A DNA stretch of 64,000 nucleotides from Octopus vulgaris (GCA_951406725.2 OX597827.1:11284001-11348000); one strand, 5' to 3'; positions 43,937 to 58,660 are shown, numbered from the stretch's first letter. Made by a program: numbers and translations. Notes: generated by a model not told the origin, from the letters alone.

Positions 43937-44672
43937 GTATATACACACGCTCATATATTGAAGAAAGAGAGAGAGAGAAAGCAAACAGACTGACCAATAG
44001 CTGTGTGTATGTTCATCAACAGTAATCTTTAGGTGCTTATATATATGCACAACAATGTATATATGATTGTGTGTTTATGAACACGTGTGTATGTGTGTGG
44101 GTGTATATATTTGCTATAAAGGCACTTTAACATTCTTTCGTATTTGTTTTTTACTTTCTACTTTTGCATACTTTTGAATGCGTATGTTGTCAATCTATGG
44201 ATGTGAGAATGTGCATGAGTTTGCTGCGCTTATGAATTAGCCTGTGTGAGCGTACTAATATATTTCCATGCGTGCATGCATGCATGTTGCGTGTGACAAG
44301 ACAGATTGTATGCGATGTAGGGGCCGGCCAACCTTTCGCTCTTCCGACACACATACCATTGAACACAAAAGAAAAAGCCCTAGCAATGACTTGTCACCAA
44401 AAAAGGCTCAAGTTTTATATATGTGGATATAAAAAAATATATCACTTGTGAGTCACTCAGCGTGCACACTAGCCAGCTAGCCACTCAAAGTATGTTTGTC
44501 CCACCCAAAAATATAAAAGAAAAAAATTACTTGCTCTGTATAGGAAAACACGCATACACGAAATGAATACACACGCACGTATGAGCTTGTATACCTATAT
44601 GCACACACACATATACACACAGTATGTATGTATATCTGATTGCATGTATATGTGTGTATGTATAAAAAAATA

Positions 44673-44722
<50 letters not shown>

Positions 44723-44836
44723 TATATAAAACCCATAGATATGCAGGCATACAACAACTGAATGGTTATGTCCAAGTATGTCCATAATGGTTATCTTCAA
44801 GTATGACCATAAAATGTAATTTACACTTAACCACAT

Positions 44837-44886
<50 letters not shown>

Positions 44887-44897
44887 GTGCATATATG

Positions 44898-44953
<56 letters not shown>

Positions 44954-45298
44954 TACATATATAATATATACTGTGCACAGTAAAAGTGTGTATAAGTTTA
45001 TGCATTCTTACTTGGCACAAATACACCTAGATTTCATAATATAATTCATAGACATATACCAATGCCAAAAGTCCAGCAAAAAAGCATACATATACATACA
45101 CGCTAACAATGAACATATGCATTAAAAGCATACATCCACACACACTAATAACAGTATACACATATACACATATAAATTCATTGTTATATAAGTGTTTATA
45201 CGTGTGCGCGTGTGTGTGTGTGTATGTATGTATATATACATATATATACACATACATATACATATATACATATGTATATGTATATATCTATATCTATT

Positions 45299-45329
<31 letters not shown>

Positions 45330-45531
45330 ATTTATATATATGTATGTATGTATTATGCATGTGTGTGTGTTTGTGTATATATATATATGCACACATGCAT
45401 ATATGCATGCACACACCTACATGCTCGTACATCTACACATACACATGTAAATATACAACATCAATGAACAAGCTAAAAAAAGTAAATGAACACGATAACC
45501 AGTAAAGCGTAAGTCATTAGAACCACACACA

Positions 45532-45574
<43 letters not shown>

Positions 45575-46242
45575 TCACACACACACCAATTCACTCTCAA
45601 ACACACACATACACACACACACTCACACCAATTCACACTCACACACACATACACACACACACTCACACCAATTCACACTCACACACCAATTCACATTCAC
45701 ACACACACACATACACACACACACACACACATAGCTGACCATATAAGCACCTTGTTCTTACAGTCATTCTATTTAAACACAAATGCACACATTCAGCAAA
45801 TTTGTGTGTGTGTGTGTGTGTGTGTTCGTGTGTGCATGCATGAGTTTGTATATATAGGTGAATGTGTGTGTGTATGTAAATGTTCCACACATGTATTTTT
45901 GTGTGTATGTGTGTATGTTCATTTGTGTATGTTTAAATATGTACATACACATATATATTCATTGACATCTTAAGATTTTACTTCTCCCTTATCACAAGAT
46001 GGCAAAAAAAAAAGTATACATAACATGAAATAAAAGTAAAAAAATATTCATTTCGTATTTTTTTTTCTAATTTCTTTTTTTCCCATTATATATACATTAT
46101 TTTTTTTTCAGCCATCAAGAAAAGAAAAGAAGAAGAATAAAAAAAAAAATCTCAGGCCATAGAAAAAATGTGAAAAAAACACAAAAGACAAGGAAGGAAT
46201 CCAGCAATCATGATATATTCTCACCATATACACAAAGATATA

Positions 46243-46290
<48 letters not shown>

Positions 46291-46504
46291 CATACATGTG
46301 TGTGTGTATGTATGTATGTATATATATATATATATATACACACATATGTATGTGTGTACATTTGCATATACGTACACATGTGTATGTGTATATATATATA
46401 TTTATATATGCACATGTATGGCTCTGTGTGCATATATATGTACGTATATACATATATACATTTATATATATGCATGATATGCTTGTATTTATATATGGGT
46501 ATGC

Positions 46505-46547
<43 letters not shown>

Positions 46548-47096
46548 TGTGTATGATCATATATATATGTTTATATGTGTGTGTGTTTGTATGTATGTAT
46601 GTGCATGTGTATATAGATGTATGTACGTGTGTGTGTGTGTGTGTGTGTCTGTGAGTGTGTGCATCAGCAAGCTCTAAAAATATATAAAAATAAAACAAAA
46701 CAGAAAATAATAACTAATCAAGTAGAGAATGGACTTTCCAATAAAAATCCAATTTGTCTGTTGGTAGTTGTTCTAGAGTCTTGACAGCTATGAACTCTCA
46801 TGGCTGGCTGTTTTGTATTCAGTAATGTACAGATGTGATTGTGTGTGTGTGCGTGTGTGTTTTCATTAGACTATTAACCTGGTCTTTTCTCTTTTCTAGA
46901 TATGCTCTTTCGATTAGTCTTTCCCGCCCAATGTCTTCAGGTGTTGTGTTTCAACACATATATGCATACAGATGTGTAATTACATACTTATATGCAGCAA
47001 TATGTAAATATTATATTTACATTGATATACAGACACACACACAAACATATATGTACAAATATGTGTGTGCGTGTATATATATATATATATATGTTT

Positions 47097-47330
47097 TCTT
47101 TTATTCTTTTATTTGTTTCAGTCATTTGACTGCAGCCATGCTGGAGCACTGCCTTTAGTCAAACAAATTGACCCCAGGACTTATTCTTTGTAAGCCGAGT
47201 ACTTATCCTATCATTCTCTTTGGTCAGCCTGATTCTATGGTAGAAGACACTTGCCCAAGGTGCCATGCAGTGGGACTGAACTTGGAACCATGTGGTTGGG
47301 AAGCTATTTGCTTACTACACAGCCACTCTT
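47097..47330 (-). mobile_element. SINE family A with internal deletion
   Basis: Head/core joined directly to the 3' body and tail. Confidence 0.8.
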
Positions 47331-47434
47331 GAAGACCAACACTCAAAAGGAACTTGGCCATCTCACATCTGTGAGGCCCAACACTGGAACAGAACTTAGC
47401 TAATTTGCCTCTGTCAGGCCTCTACCACAGGTTC

Positions 47435-47825
47435 TTACTTGTACTTGTGGTGACATTCACCCAGGGCGGGTTGAGTCTGCTTCTTCTAGCATTCTCGAGG
47501 CATCTCGAACCATGGCTGCCCACGCATGACAGTCCTGCACCAGTTCACTGTAGATAGTGAGCCAGTCACGGTTCCATCGGTGCAGGCCGACCAGCTGCGG
47601 ACCCGTGAGCACAGAGAGGTCCTCCTTGATCATCGTAACCCAGGTCTTCAGCTGCCCACCCGTGAGTTTCCGCCAGTTGGGAAGTGGAGTTGGGAGAAGG
47701 ACATCACGGCTCAGTTCACCCACCGGGCACCTACATGCATGGCCAAACCACCGCAAGCACCGTTGCAGAAGGACAGATGGAAGGGGCCGCAGGGATAGGT
47801 GAAGTCAGAGATTGGCGGTGGAAAC
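47435..47825 (-). mobile_element. RTE-clade LINE 3' end
   Basis: LRWFGHACR...WRKLTGGQLKTW...IKEDL...QDCHAW...TRPG* followed by a (caagta)n tail. Confidence 0.85.
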
Positions 47826-48361
47826 TTTGTCTATGAATTCTCCTTGTCAAGTATTTCAAGAGCAAAAATGGTGCTCTAAAGAGAGACAGTTATAGAGGCA
47901 TCATATTGAAGAACCACGTTATAAAAGCTACAGAAAGAGTTGGAGCACAATAGACTCCAAAGAAAATTTAGAGCCATAACCATTTCTGACAATAAAGGGA
48001 AGAACAGTTTGTATGATGTTTGGATCGCTATTAGAAATTCTATAATTCTAGAACTCAATCTTGTGGAGTATTTCTATTTGTTCTAAGATGGTAGACTGAA
48101 TTTATTTTTAACCTAAAAGAATGCTTAAAACAAGAACATGATTCTTAACTGCTAAAGCCGCAAAATCCATCAAAGTTTAAATCAAGTTTAAACCTTTCAA
48201 TTTTAGCCTTTCCTCTTGGTATCACCTAGTTTTGTGTGTTTGCTTGTCTTTCAAAGGCAGGATGTATACTCATAAACAAACATGGTTTTCCTATACATCT
48301 CTGTCTGGCTCTCTCTCTCTGTCTCCCTCTCCCTCTCTCTTTCTCTCTCTCTCACTCTCCA

Positions 48362-48758
48362 TCTTTATATATAAAAGTGAGGTTGTGTGCTGTCTGTCTC
48401 CTACGATTTAGATTCCTAACTACTCCCACATTTTGCGGTGCAGTTTAACCAAAACCGGGTATCTTATAGTCGTGATTCATATCGAGCCCTTCTGGGCATT
48501 AGCGCGTGTCTATGATGAGTCTACGATTTAAAATAAAATTTACCATCAATTTTTCCCATTTTTAATGCATTTTTGGCATATATAAGGGAAGTAACTCTCT
48601 AAAAATTTATTATTAAATCTCAGAATGTAAAAGGCTAGAGTAACACCCCCCACTCTGTGGTTAGCCATATTGAGATGGCTATTATACTTTACATCTCTAA
48701 AAATGCTTATATAGTTATTTCCCTTACAAACCCGAGCAACGCCGGGCGATACTGCTAG
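48362..48758 (+). mobile_element. Non-autonomous Helitron, copy 2 (different internal segment)
   Basis: Same TC...hairpin...CTAG termini, A|T insertion site. Confidence 0.9.
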
Positions 48759-49579
48759 TATATATATATATATCTGTGTCTAAAAATAAGCAAGACTCAT
48801 TTTTTTACCCTGTCTCATATTTTGTCCCTATGTTTTAGATTGAAAACTATAACTTGAATAAAGCATAATGAATTGACTATCATTCAATATTGATGATCCA
48901 CAAAGTACAGAATCAGATTAATTAGATTTAGCAATGCTATTTTTATCTTTACCAAAGTCGTCAACCAATGGTCATATATATTATGAATTGTTTGGCTTTA
49001 CAACATTAATTCAATACACTGTGTGATTAAACAGAATGAGTCAACTTCTGATGAATGATATACACAAAATAGATATGAATTTGACATGTAGTAAGTCTTC
49101 TGTTACACAAAATTCATTTTAGAGAACTGTACCTCTTATCACACAGTGTAAAAAAAAAAATAATAATAATAAAAGGAAGAACCTTTTATAAGCAGCAGTA
49201 TAATCCAATATAGTTAAGTCCTACATAACTTCACCGAATGTAAAAAATAGACACATTTATTTCCAGCCAGAGGAAAGCATCTTTTGAGGAAAAGCAACAT
49301 CAAAGTGCTTAACATGCAATTAACTTCATATGAGCATACATACTTGGTAACAGAACATATGTGTTTCACAGGGTACATCACAATTAGTGTTAGGTAGTTA
49401 ATTTTTATGGTTGTGCTCAACAAATATTCATATGAATTGCAAATAGTTTTTGGGCTATGACATAAAAATTTTATAGTCAATGAATAAATAAATAGAAGCA
49501 TCAACTTTTGGTACATAAATCTAAAAGGAATATATGCGATTCATCCTCTTGGCAAATACATACATGTGCACACACACAC

Positions 49580-49615
<36 letters not shown>

Positions 49616-49627
49616 GTGTATATACAC

Positions 49628-49754
<127 letters not shown>

Positions 49755-50046
49755 TACATGCATGTTGGCTTGGATTAGATGCACATTTTTTTAGCATGGA
49801 TTTACAAGTTCTTTAATGTAGTCAAATGGATAAGAGCTAAAGAATGGTGAATTGCTGCATGAAATAAAAAAAAAAAGGATGTGCAAGTCTCTTAGTTCCA
49901 TCCTTGCCTAGTGAAGGATTACTTAAACTGCATCATATACTAAATATAGAAATATGGTATTTGAAGATGATCAAAGAAGGAACCAACAAAAGCATAATAC
50001 AAAGGGGAAAATTCAAAACGAAGTTTTCTTCTGTATGATTCCCAGA

Positions 50047-50180
<134 letters not shown>

Positions 50181-50182
50181 CC

Positions 50183-50265
<83 letters not shown>

Positions 50266-50270
50266 CATCC

Positions 50271-50310
<40 letters not shown>

Positions 50311-50889
50311 GTCGTTGTTGTTGCTGTTGTTGTTATTGTTATTATATGGATGCATGTGTGTGAATGAATTTGTTATCAAACAGCTCCTAGAGGATTGGAT
50401 TTTTGCCAAGTTAACAGAAAACAAAAGTTTTGGTATTCTTATGGATTATTCTCAAACAGAGAAACTTCCAAACATGTGAATGTTTACCCCAATACCTGGC
50501 AGAGACAGAAAGGTCTGTTTTTAGACATATTGTGTTTTATTTTATTTTTAGCTGTTTGTATTCATTTCAATATGGCTTCTTTTTCTTAAGTCCTTTGTTA
50601 GAGAAAAGCAACAGTGAACATAACATCACAGTGTGCAATCAGAAAAGAAGAAAACAGACACAAAAACATTATCAAAGAAAAAAAATCATTTTAACAAGTG
50701 AAAACATAAAACTACATGATATAAACAAAAGTATTAACAACAAACATAGTAGCAATTCTTTTGCTAGTATTGCAAGCCAAAGAGAGTAATAGACATTGCT
50801 CAGCTACTGGAGAGAAAAAAAATGCACCAGTGATATGTCACTGAAGGGGGTAGATCTTTGCCTAAGCAACTAATACAAAAATATATTTT

Positions 50890-51117
50890 ATTTTTTTATT
50901 ACCCACAAGGGGCTAAACACAGAGGGGACAAACAAGGACAGACAAACGGATTAAGTCGATTACATCGACCCCAGTGTGCAACTGGTACTTTAATTTATCG
51001 ACCCCCGAAAGGATGAAAGGCAAAGTCGACCTCGGCGGAATTTGAACCCAGAACGTAGCGGCAGATGAAATACCGCTAGGCATTTCGCCCGGCGTGCTAA
51101 CGTTTCTGCCAACTCAC
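50890..51117 (-). mobile_element. SINE family B, young copy
   Basis: CpG-retaining, near full length. Confidence 0.9.
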
Positions 51118-51217
51118 AAAAATAAGCAATAAGTAAGCTGACTTATTTTACCTCATGAAGAGTGAGAGGTAAGGCACTCCCAAATTCACTCAAGAGTACA
51201 GTTGAAGAAGCCTTTAA

Positions 51218-51502
51218 CCCTTTAGCATTTAAACTGGCCATATCAAGCCCAAATATTCTGCTTGTTTTATGTTCAAACCATCCAGATCCAGCCCCTCACA
51301 CCTACCTTACAATGTCTTTCTAAAAATAAACAATCATATATGCGTAGGAGTGGCTGTGTGGTAAGTAGCTTGTTTACCAACCACATGGATCCGGGTTCAG
51401 TCCCACTGTGTGGCACCTTGGGCAAGTGTCTTCTACTATATCCTCGAGCCGACCAAAGCCTTGTGAGTGGATTTGGTTGATGGAAACTGAAAGAAGCCCG
51501 TC

Positions 51503-51587
<85 letters not shown>

Positions 51588-51850
51588 TGTGTCTGTGTTT
51601 GTCCCCCTAGCATTGCTTGACAACCGATGCTGGTGTGTTTATGTCCCCGTTACTTAGCGGTTCGGCAAAAGAGACCGATAGAATAAGTACTGGGCTTACA
51701 AAAGAATAAGTCCCGGGGTCGAGTTGCTCGATTAATGGTGGTGCTCCAGCATGGCCGCAGTCAAATGACTGAAACAAGTAAAAGAGTATATAATTGAGAT
51801 CTTAAAGCTATGAGACAATGCATGATTAATTCAAAGCAATGTGAATCGTA
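51218..51850 (+). mobile_element. TTAA-flanked piggyBac-like MITE remnant with nested SINE
   Basis: ttaa|ccctttagcattt terminus; the sequence resumes after the SINE; reverse homolog at 7150-7758. Confidence 0.55.
51341..51787 (+). mobile_element. SINE family A, full length
   Basis: Head to tail match. Confidence 0.9.
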
Positions 51851-52335
51851 CTGGGTTTTATGCCTATTTCCTCTATCCATCTGTTCAGATCTTTAGGGAT
51901 AGTTCCCAATGCACCTACAACTTACTGGGATACATTTTACCTGCACTTTCCATAGTTTCTGTAATTCAATGGCTAGGTCTTGGTACTTTGCTATTTATTC
52001 TACACCTCTCATATTGATTGTTTCCTCATTGGGGACTGTAAAGTCAATTATTCGGCACTTTTTATTCCCTTTATCTACTACTACCAAATCAGACCTTCTA
52101 GCCTCTATTACTCTGTCTGTCTGAATGCTTAAGTCCCACGTCTTGTATTTCTTACTTTCTAGGACTTTACCAGATTCATCTTCACACCATTTATTACTAT
52201 GATCAAATCCTAGCTTTCTACATGACTCTCAGTGTATCACTCTCCTTAGGCTGTCATGTATTCTTTCTGTGAAAGCATGCTACATTCACTTACTGCATGA
52301 GTAACACTTTCCTCTTTTGATTTGCATAACCTAAA
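51850..52335 (-). pseudogene. Decayed R4/Dong LINE fragment (CCHC knuckle + restriction-like endonuclease)
   Basis: Minus strand RLCKSKEESVTHAVSEC...WDLSIQTDRVIEARRSDLVVVDK...IIDFTVP...KYQDLAIELQKLW...VVGALG with stops and frameshifts. Confidence 0.85.
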
Positions 52336-52427
52336 TTGGGAATCTACTTGGTTTTTGGTTTTTATTATTATTGTTTTTTGCTTATTATTATTGTTACTAT
52401 TGTTATTTTGTTTATTATTATCATTAT

Positions 52428-52737
52428 TGAGTGAGAGAGCAGTTCATGCCATCAAAGTGACACTGGGGTAAAATATACGAAGCCCAATATACCCATCATG
52501 ACTACCCGTCTGATAAGGGTACACTAGGCACATGCATCACAACACATGAACTTTCAGGTGGGGCCCAGTTAGAATTTTCCCCAGGTTGAGTAGCCCACCA
52601 TGCTCAAAAGGTCCCTGAATAAGGGTTGTTTAAAGATGTTGAAAGAACCACCCATGTTTCCAGAGGTGAATTATTTAAACCCCCAAAAAATCCCTCTCAA
52701 CACATGGCTATGATGCTCCCCCATTATGATGCTCCCC
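52428..52737 (-). mobile_element. Family D fragment between (TTA)n tracts
   Basis: Reverse match to ~21480-21817. Confidence 0.75.
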
Positions 52738-52773
52738 CAATTTATTATTATTATTATTATTATTATTATAATA

Positions 52774-52866
<93 letters not shown>

Positions 52867-52869
52867 ATA

Positions 52870-53210
<341 letters not shown>

Positions 53211-53211
53211 A

Positions 53212-53267
<56 letters not shown>

Positions 53268-53272
53268 GTGTT

Positions 53273-53710
53273 AAGGCAGCAAGATGGCAGAATTGTTAGC
53301 TTGCCGGGTAAAATGAATAGCAACATTTTGGGGGGGGGGGGGGGCTTTCCATATTCTGAGTTCAAATCTGCCGGTCAACTTTGCAGTTCATCCTTTCGGG
53401 GACATTAAAATAAAGGCCATTTGGGCAATGGGGTCGATGTAATTGGCTGACCCTCTCACCCAATAAGTCAGGTCTTTGTGTTATGACGGTGAACTTGCTA
53501 AATAGTCAGCACATCAGGCAAACTGTTTAGTGGCCTTTCTTAAGCTCTTAATTTGCTAATATCAAATACTGTTGCAGTTGATTTTATTTGCTATCCTTTG
53601 TTGGGTGGGGTCAATAAAATTAGTACCAGATGAACAATGGAGTTGATGTAATTGACTTAACCCTCCACAAAAATCGATGAAATTGTGCTAAAACTTGAAA
53701 CCACTATTAG
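53273..53710 (+). mobile_element. Two diverged family B-related SINEs
   Basis: ggcagaattgttagc...gagttcaaat...catcctttcgggg core present twice. Confidence 0.65.
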
Positions 53711-53789
53711 TGATGAAAATGGGAACGTAAGGAAGTGCTTCCAGACAGCTAGAGGAAGGATTGACTTTTTATCTGATTTTATAGAATTA

Positions 53790-54020
53790 AAAGTTTTGTT
53801 TTGTCATGTCTGGAGAGAGTCATTCTCTTTTAGTGCCATATTATCTAAGACACTCACCGGAAAAATTTCCACTTATTTTTATTTTCTAAAATTTTTGTTG
53901 CGTGTTGCAACCTTTTCAATAAGGCACTAAAAGAGATGACTCTCCCCAGACACAACAGAATATGCTTCAACACACGAACTCATATAAAGAATCTTGCAAA
54001 TCAAATCCAAAAACGAAAAG
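53790..54020. mobile_element. Fold-back element (family shared with 58720-58951)
   Basis: Arms tgtctggagagagtcattctcttttagtgcc / ggcactaaaagagatgactctccccagaca. Confidence 0.7.
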
Positions 54021-54324
54021 TTTTGTTTGTTTACCTTATAATTATTTTCCAACAGAGGTACTTACCAAACTTGTGAACATTTATTTGCTTCAGCTTTTGG
54101 AGAAGTAAAAACGGGGTTAATTTCTTGACATATATTTAAAGAGAAGGGCTATGAGTTTGTGGAGTGTACCAGAGAAATACTCTCAAGCATTACTTATCCA
54201 AGATAAACTCTACAAGCATGGAAGTATCATTATGTGGAATTGTCTGACAAGTGTGCAGAGCAATGCCACTGTATTGCATATGCTTGTGCAGTGTCTGAGT
54301 ATTGCTGAGTTGTGGAATTATATT

Positions 54325-54516
54325 ATTTACATTATTTACATTTGATGGATGTTTGTCCTCATCTTGTCTGTTGTTAACAAGACATTTGATGAAGGCCGGA
54401 GGGCATATCAGCTGAAACGTTGTGTTAACAACAAACAAGATGAGGACAAATATCCGTCAAATGTAAATAATGTAAATAATGTAAATAGTTCCTCATCTCT
54501 TAAATATAGAACTGTA
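54325..54516 (+). mobile_element. Fold-back hammerhead-bearing insertion with 15-bp TSD
   Basis: TSD ttgtgga(a/g)ttatatt at 54310-54324 and 54517-54531; ~55-bp inverted arms enclose the hammerhead motif. Confidence 0.8.
54381..54426 (+). ncRNA. Minimal hammerhead motif (C3U, probably impaired)
   Basis: GACAU-UUGAUGA-A-GGCCGG-AGGGCAUA-UCAGCU-GAAA-CG-UU^-GUGUU. Confidence 0.65.
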
Positions 54517-55173
54517 TTGTGGAGTTATATTGAACAACTGTTACGTTCATATGTAGGAGTGATACATTTATCAGCCAAGCCCGTTGTGAAGATCACAACA
54601 TTGCTTTCCTTTAACAAAGCTAGGCAGGCAGTGTTCCTCTGTCTGGTGGCTAAGGTGGAAAAAGGTTATTTAGTGGATGACGTTGAAACGACTGTGAGTA
54701 GACACCTTCCTATTCAGTCAAGTCTCCATTGACTTTTTCAAGTTCCACTTGGAAAAGAATGTGAGGGTAGAGAGCGAAGTGCCTTCCTCCGGCGAATTTG
54801 TCAAAAGGTGAATGACTGTAGTAAACATAGTTATGGTGAATGTACTGTTTGGTCTATGAATATAACACTTATCTGCTTCATCAAAGTGTTGGCATACACC
54901 TAGCACACATAGCTGCTGACTAGATACATTTTAATACTTGATCAAGACTGGACAACCACAGATGATGTAGATGATTGTTCTGCAGTAATTTTCGCAGTGT
55001 TAGCATTTGGTGTTGGTCTCTGTTTTCATTATATTGATTTTAGCTATTTGTGGCTAGCATTATTCCTGTGCAGCTAATATCAGACCACCAATTTTTGCTT
55101 TTAATCCAATAATCTGAGTTATTATGGGATCCCATTCTGCCTTACATCATCTCTGTCAATTTTCTGTTGATTA

Positions 55174-55365
55174 TCTATTATATAAAATCCGTTCTGTTTG
55201 CCTGTGTGTGTGTCTTCTAGGATCTCGGGCATTCTCCATCTGATTGCCCTCAAATTTGAAATGTAGATATCGACGGTACCAGGGCGTCAATAAGTCTTGA
55301 AAAGATTACAAAAATTGATTCCAGGTGAGAATACGATCGATAAAGCCGTGGAAACGTACATTTGT
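55174..55365 (+). mobile_element. 5' fragment of a second Helitron-like family
   Basis: a|TCTATTATATAAAA start followed by a (tctg/tg) microsatellite; no 3' end found. Confidence 0.5.
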
Positions 55366-55770
55366 GTGAGCAAGTACATCAGTCAAAATCCATCTTTTGC
55401 TGGTGTCTCAAATTTAGGTTAAATCAGTGTTTCTCAAAGGGGAGGCCTATGGGATGGTCGAACAAGTTGTTTTAAGAAAATTTGGTTTAAATGTTTGACA
55501 ACTCAGCACCATCCATTGGACAGGGGGCGCTTTGCTCGTTCTTCATATACTCCAACAATCAATTTTTGTAGTATATTTTGAAATTTGCTTCGGATTTTCT
55601 AAACATTCTCTCTTAGTTTGTTCATACCTAAATCTTTGTCTTCAGTGTAGCTAACATCTATTTGTACTTTACTGTTGTTCTTAATACTTGTGAGTATTAT
55701 GAAGCACATCCAGGTGTCAAATCACAGACTTAACAGATTTTATTCATCTAACCAATGCTAGCAAGTTAAA

Positions 55771-56169
55771 TCTTTATATATAAAAGTGAAGTTGTGTGTC
55801 TGTCTCCTACGATTTAGATTCCTAACTACTCCCACATTTTGCGGTGCAGTTTAACCAAAACTGGGTATCTTATAGTCGTGATTCATATCGAGCCCTTCTG
55901 GGTATTAGCGCGTGTCTACAATGAGTCTACGATTTAAAAAAAAATTTACCATCATTTTTTTCCATTTTAATGCATATTTTTCGCTATTATATAAGGGAAG
56001 TAACTCTCTAAAAATGTCTACGATGAGTCAACGATATAAAAAAAAATTTACCATCATTTGTTTTCCATTTTTAATGCATTTTTTTGCTATTTTTTGGCTA
56101 TAACTCTCTAAAAATGCTTATATAGTCATTTCCCTTACAAACCCAAGCAACGCCGGGCGATACTGCTAG
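55771..56169 (+). mobile_element. Non-autonomous Helitron, copy 3
   Basis: TC...hairpin...CTAG, A|T site; closest to copy 1. Confidence 0.9.
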
Positions 56170-57000
56170 TTGGACATAAAATACAAATGATTCAACCAAG
56201 GACTTCATTGTATATATTCTAGTCTGCCGCTTAAACAGCACTCTAGTTTTATGGCCATGAATTTCAATTGTTGCCAACCAGCTCACTTAACTCTTTAAGC
56301 ATCATTACACCAAACTGTTGGATATTGGAAATTAACTCCAGAAGGTTATAGAGACATTATTGTAGTGATCAACACCTGTCTGAGACAGCAGAGGATGTAA
56401 AGTCAATGGTATTCTCTTCATAGAAATTGCATATAGCAGAGTCACCTGATGTCATATTATATATGGAATAAAAAATTTTGTCCACGGGCAAAATTATAAT
56501 TTATAATTTTTTCTTACATTTAGCAAAATGGGATTTGTGTTGAATATATGTTTAATAGTATATTACCGGTATCAGTTTTTAGTGATCCAGAAATGATTTC
56601 AAATCAGAAAACTGTCATCGAATTGAACATTGTGAATCAAACATGAAGTAATCAATGTATTTAGAGTACATACATATATGAAAAACGTATATGTGTGTTT
56701 GTGCTGGTATACATATGTGTGTATATATATATATATGTGTGTGAGTGTGTGTGTGTATGTATATATGTGTGTATATATATATGTGTGAGTGTGTGTGTGT
56801 ATGTATATATGTGTGTATATATATATATGTGTGAGTGTGTGCGTGTATGTGTGCATCTCATATACACATACACACAAACATACATACATACATACATACA
56901 TATTTATATATATATATATAAGCACTTATCAACATATTTGTCACTATTAGTTCACGTGCATTTGTGTACGTTTATTTGGAAGCTTGTGGCTCATTAACAG

Positions 57001-57037
<37 letters not shown>

Positions 57038-57659
57038 ATATCTATATGCCCATATATATATACACACACACATGTATATATGCACATATATATACATATA
57101 TATATATATACACATACATGTGTGTATATATATGTGTGTGTGTATGTATGTAAATATTTTTAGACATACACATATACATACATACACATATATTCACATG
57201 TATATAAATGCTTACAATCACTCATGCATATAATTAGTCATACATACATACATATTCATTTATATTTATACATTACAGGCTCGCAAACACCTCGAGGCTA
57301 AAATGTGTGGTGTAAATTTATATTTCCATTCGATAGCTTTTAGTGACAAATATGTAAAATTAATTTTATTTTCCGAATCGCGGAATGTATGTAATTCAGT
57401 ACAACATTGCATTCATTATGAAGAATCAATCCTTCTACCCACCCACCCCATCACCCTCACATTTTTTTTCTCTCTCTATCTTTCTTCATAATTTACTTTC
57501 CTAGCCAATAAAAGGAATCATCATCATTGTCATCATCATCATCATCATTACAACCATCATCACCTTCATCATCATCATCATTTCATCATTATGAATAAAC
57601 TAATGACTATTAATATTGATAGTGTTTTTCTTCTTCTTCTTCGTATATTGTTGTTGTTG

Positions 57660-57712
<53 letters not shown>

Positions 57713-57716
57713 TTAT

Positions 57717-57910
57717 AAGGCAATGAGCTGGCAGAATCATTAGCACACTAAGCAAAATTCTCAGTGGCATTTCATCTGTCTGCACATTCTGGGTTCGAAT
57801 TCCACCAAGTTTGACTTTGCTTTTCATTTTATTGGTGGTCGATAAATGAAGTACCAGTTGAACACCAGCTGAATACCCCAAAATTCATGGCCTTGTGCCA
57901 AAATTTGAAT
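57717..57910 (+). mobile_element. Family B-related SINE
   Basis: gagctggcagaatcattagca...gggttcgaattcc...gtcgataaatgaagtaccag. Confidence 0.75.
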
Positions 57911-57927
57911 AATGATAATAATAATGA

Positions 57928-57971
<44 letters not shown>

Positions 57972-57974
<3 letters not shown>

Positions 57975-58446
57975 TACTTGTGAAGACCTGTTGAGGCAAG
58001 TGAAAATCAAAATCAAAATTGATCAACATCAATAGAAATTGTAGCTGTGATACCAGTGCCGGTGGTACATAAGAGAATCATCTGAACATAGCCGTTGCCA
58101 GCATCGCCCCGACTGGCTTCTGTGCCGGTGGCACGTAAAAAGCACCATCCGATCGTGGCCGTTGCCAGCCTCGCCTGGCCTCTGTGCTGGTGGCACGTAA
58201 AAAGCACCATCCGATCATGGCCGTTTGCCAGCCTCGTCTGGCACCTGTGCCGGTGGCACATAAAAGGCACCCACTACACTCATGGGGTGGTTGGCATTAA
58301 GAAAGGCATCCAGCCATAAAAACATTGCCAGATCAGACTGGGCCTGGTGCAGACTTCTGGCTTCCCAGACCCCAATTGCACTGTCCAACCCATGCCAGCA
58401 TGGAAAGTGGACGCTAAACGATGATGATGATGATGATGATGATGAT
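57972..58446 (+). mobile_element. SINE-like family C, longest copy, ~62-bp internal tandem repeats
   Basis: gtgc(c/t)ggtgg(c/t)ac module present four times; (GAT)n tail. Confidence 0.85.
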
Positions 58447-58660
58447 GTAGCGAGCTGGCAGAATTGTTAGCATGCTGGACAAAATGCTCTGGCATTTTGT
58501 CTGCTTTTACATTCTGAGTTCAAATTCCACCAAGGTTGACTTTACCATTCATCTTCTCAAGGTCAATAAAAAGTATCAGTTGAGCACTGGGGTCATTGAA
58601 GCTGACTAACCTCCCCCCACCTTCCTGGCCCTTATGCCTACAGGAGGAAGTATATCAATA
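58447..58660 (+). mobile_element. Family B-related SINE
   Basis: Head, B box gagttcaaattcc and core. Confidence 0.75.

Larger units (their letters stand above)
54150..54860 (+). pseudogene. Decayed L1/Tx1-type LINE ORF2 C-terminus, interrupted
   Basis: Degenerate knuckle NCLTSVQSNATVLHMLVQCLSIAELWNY continues as LWSYIEQLL...FFKFHLEKNVRVE after the insertion. Confidence 0.55.

Noticed and set aside
44285-44305. miR-210-like ttgcgtgtgaca
   Set aside because: Partial match only and no precursor hairpin; no conserved miRNA was recognised anywhere in the window
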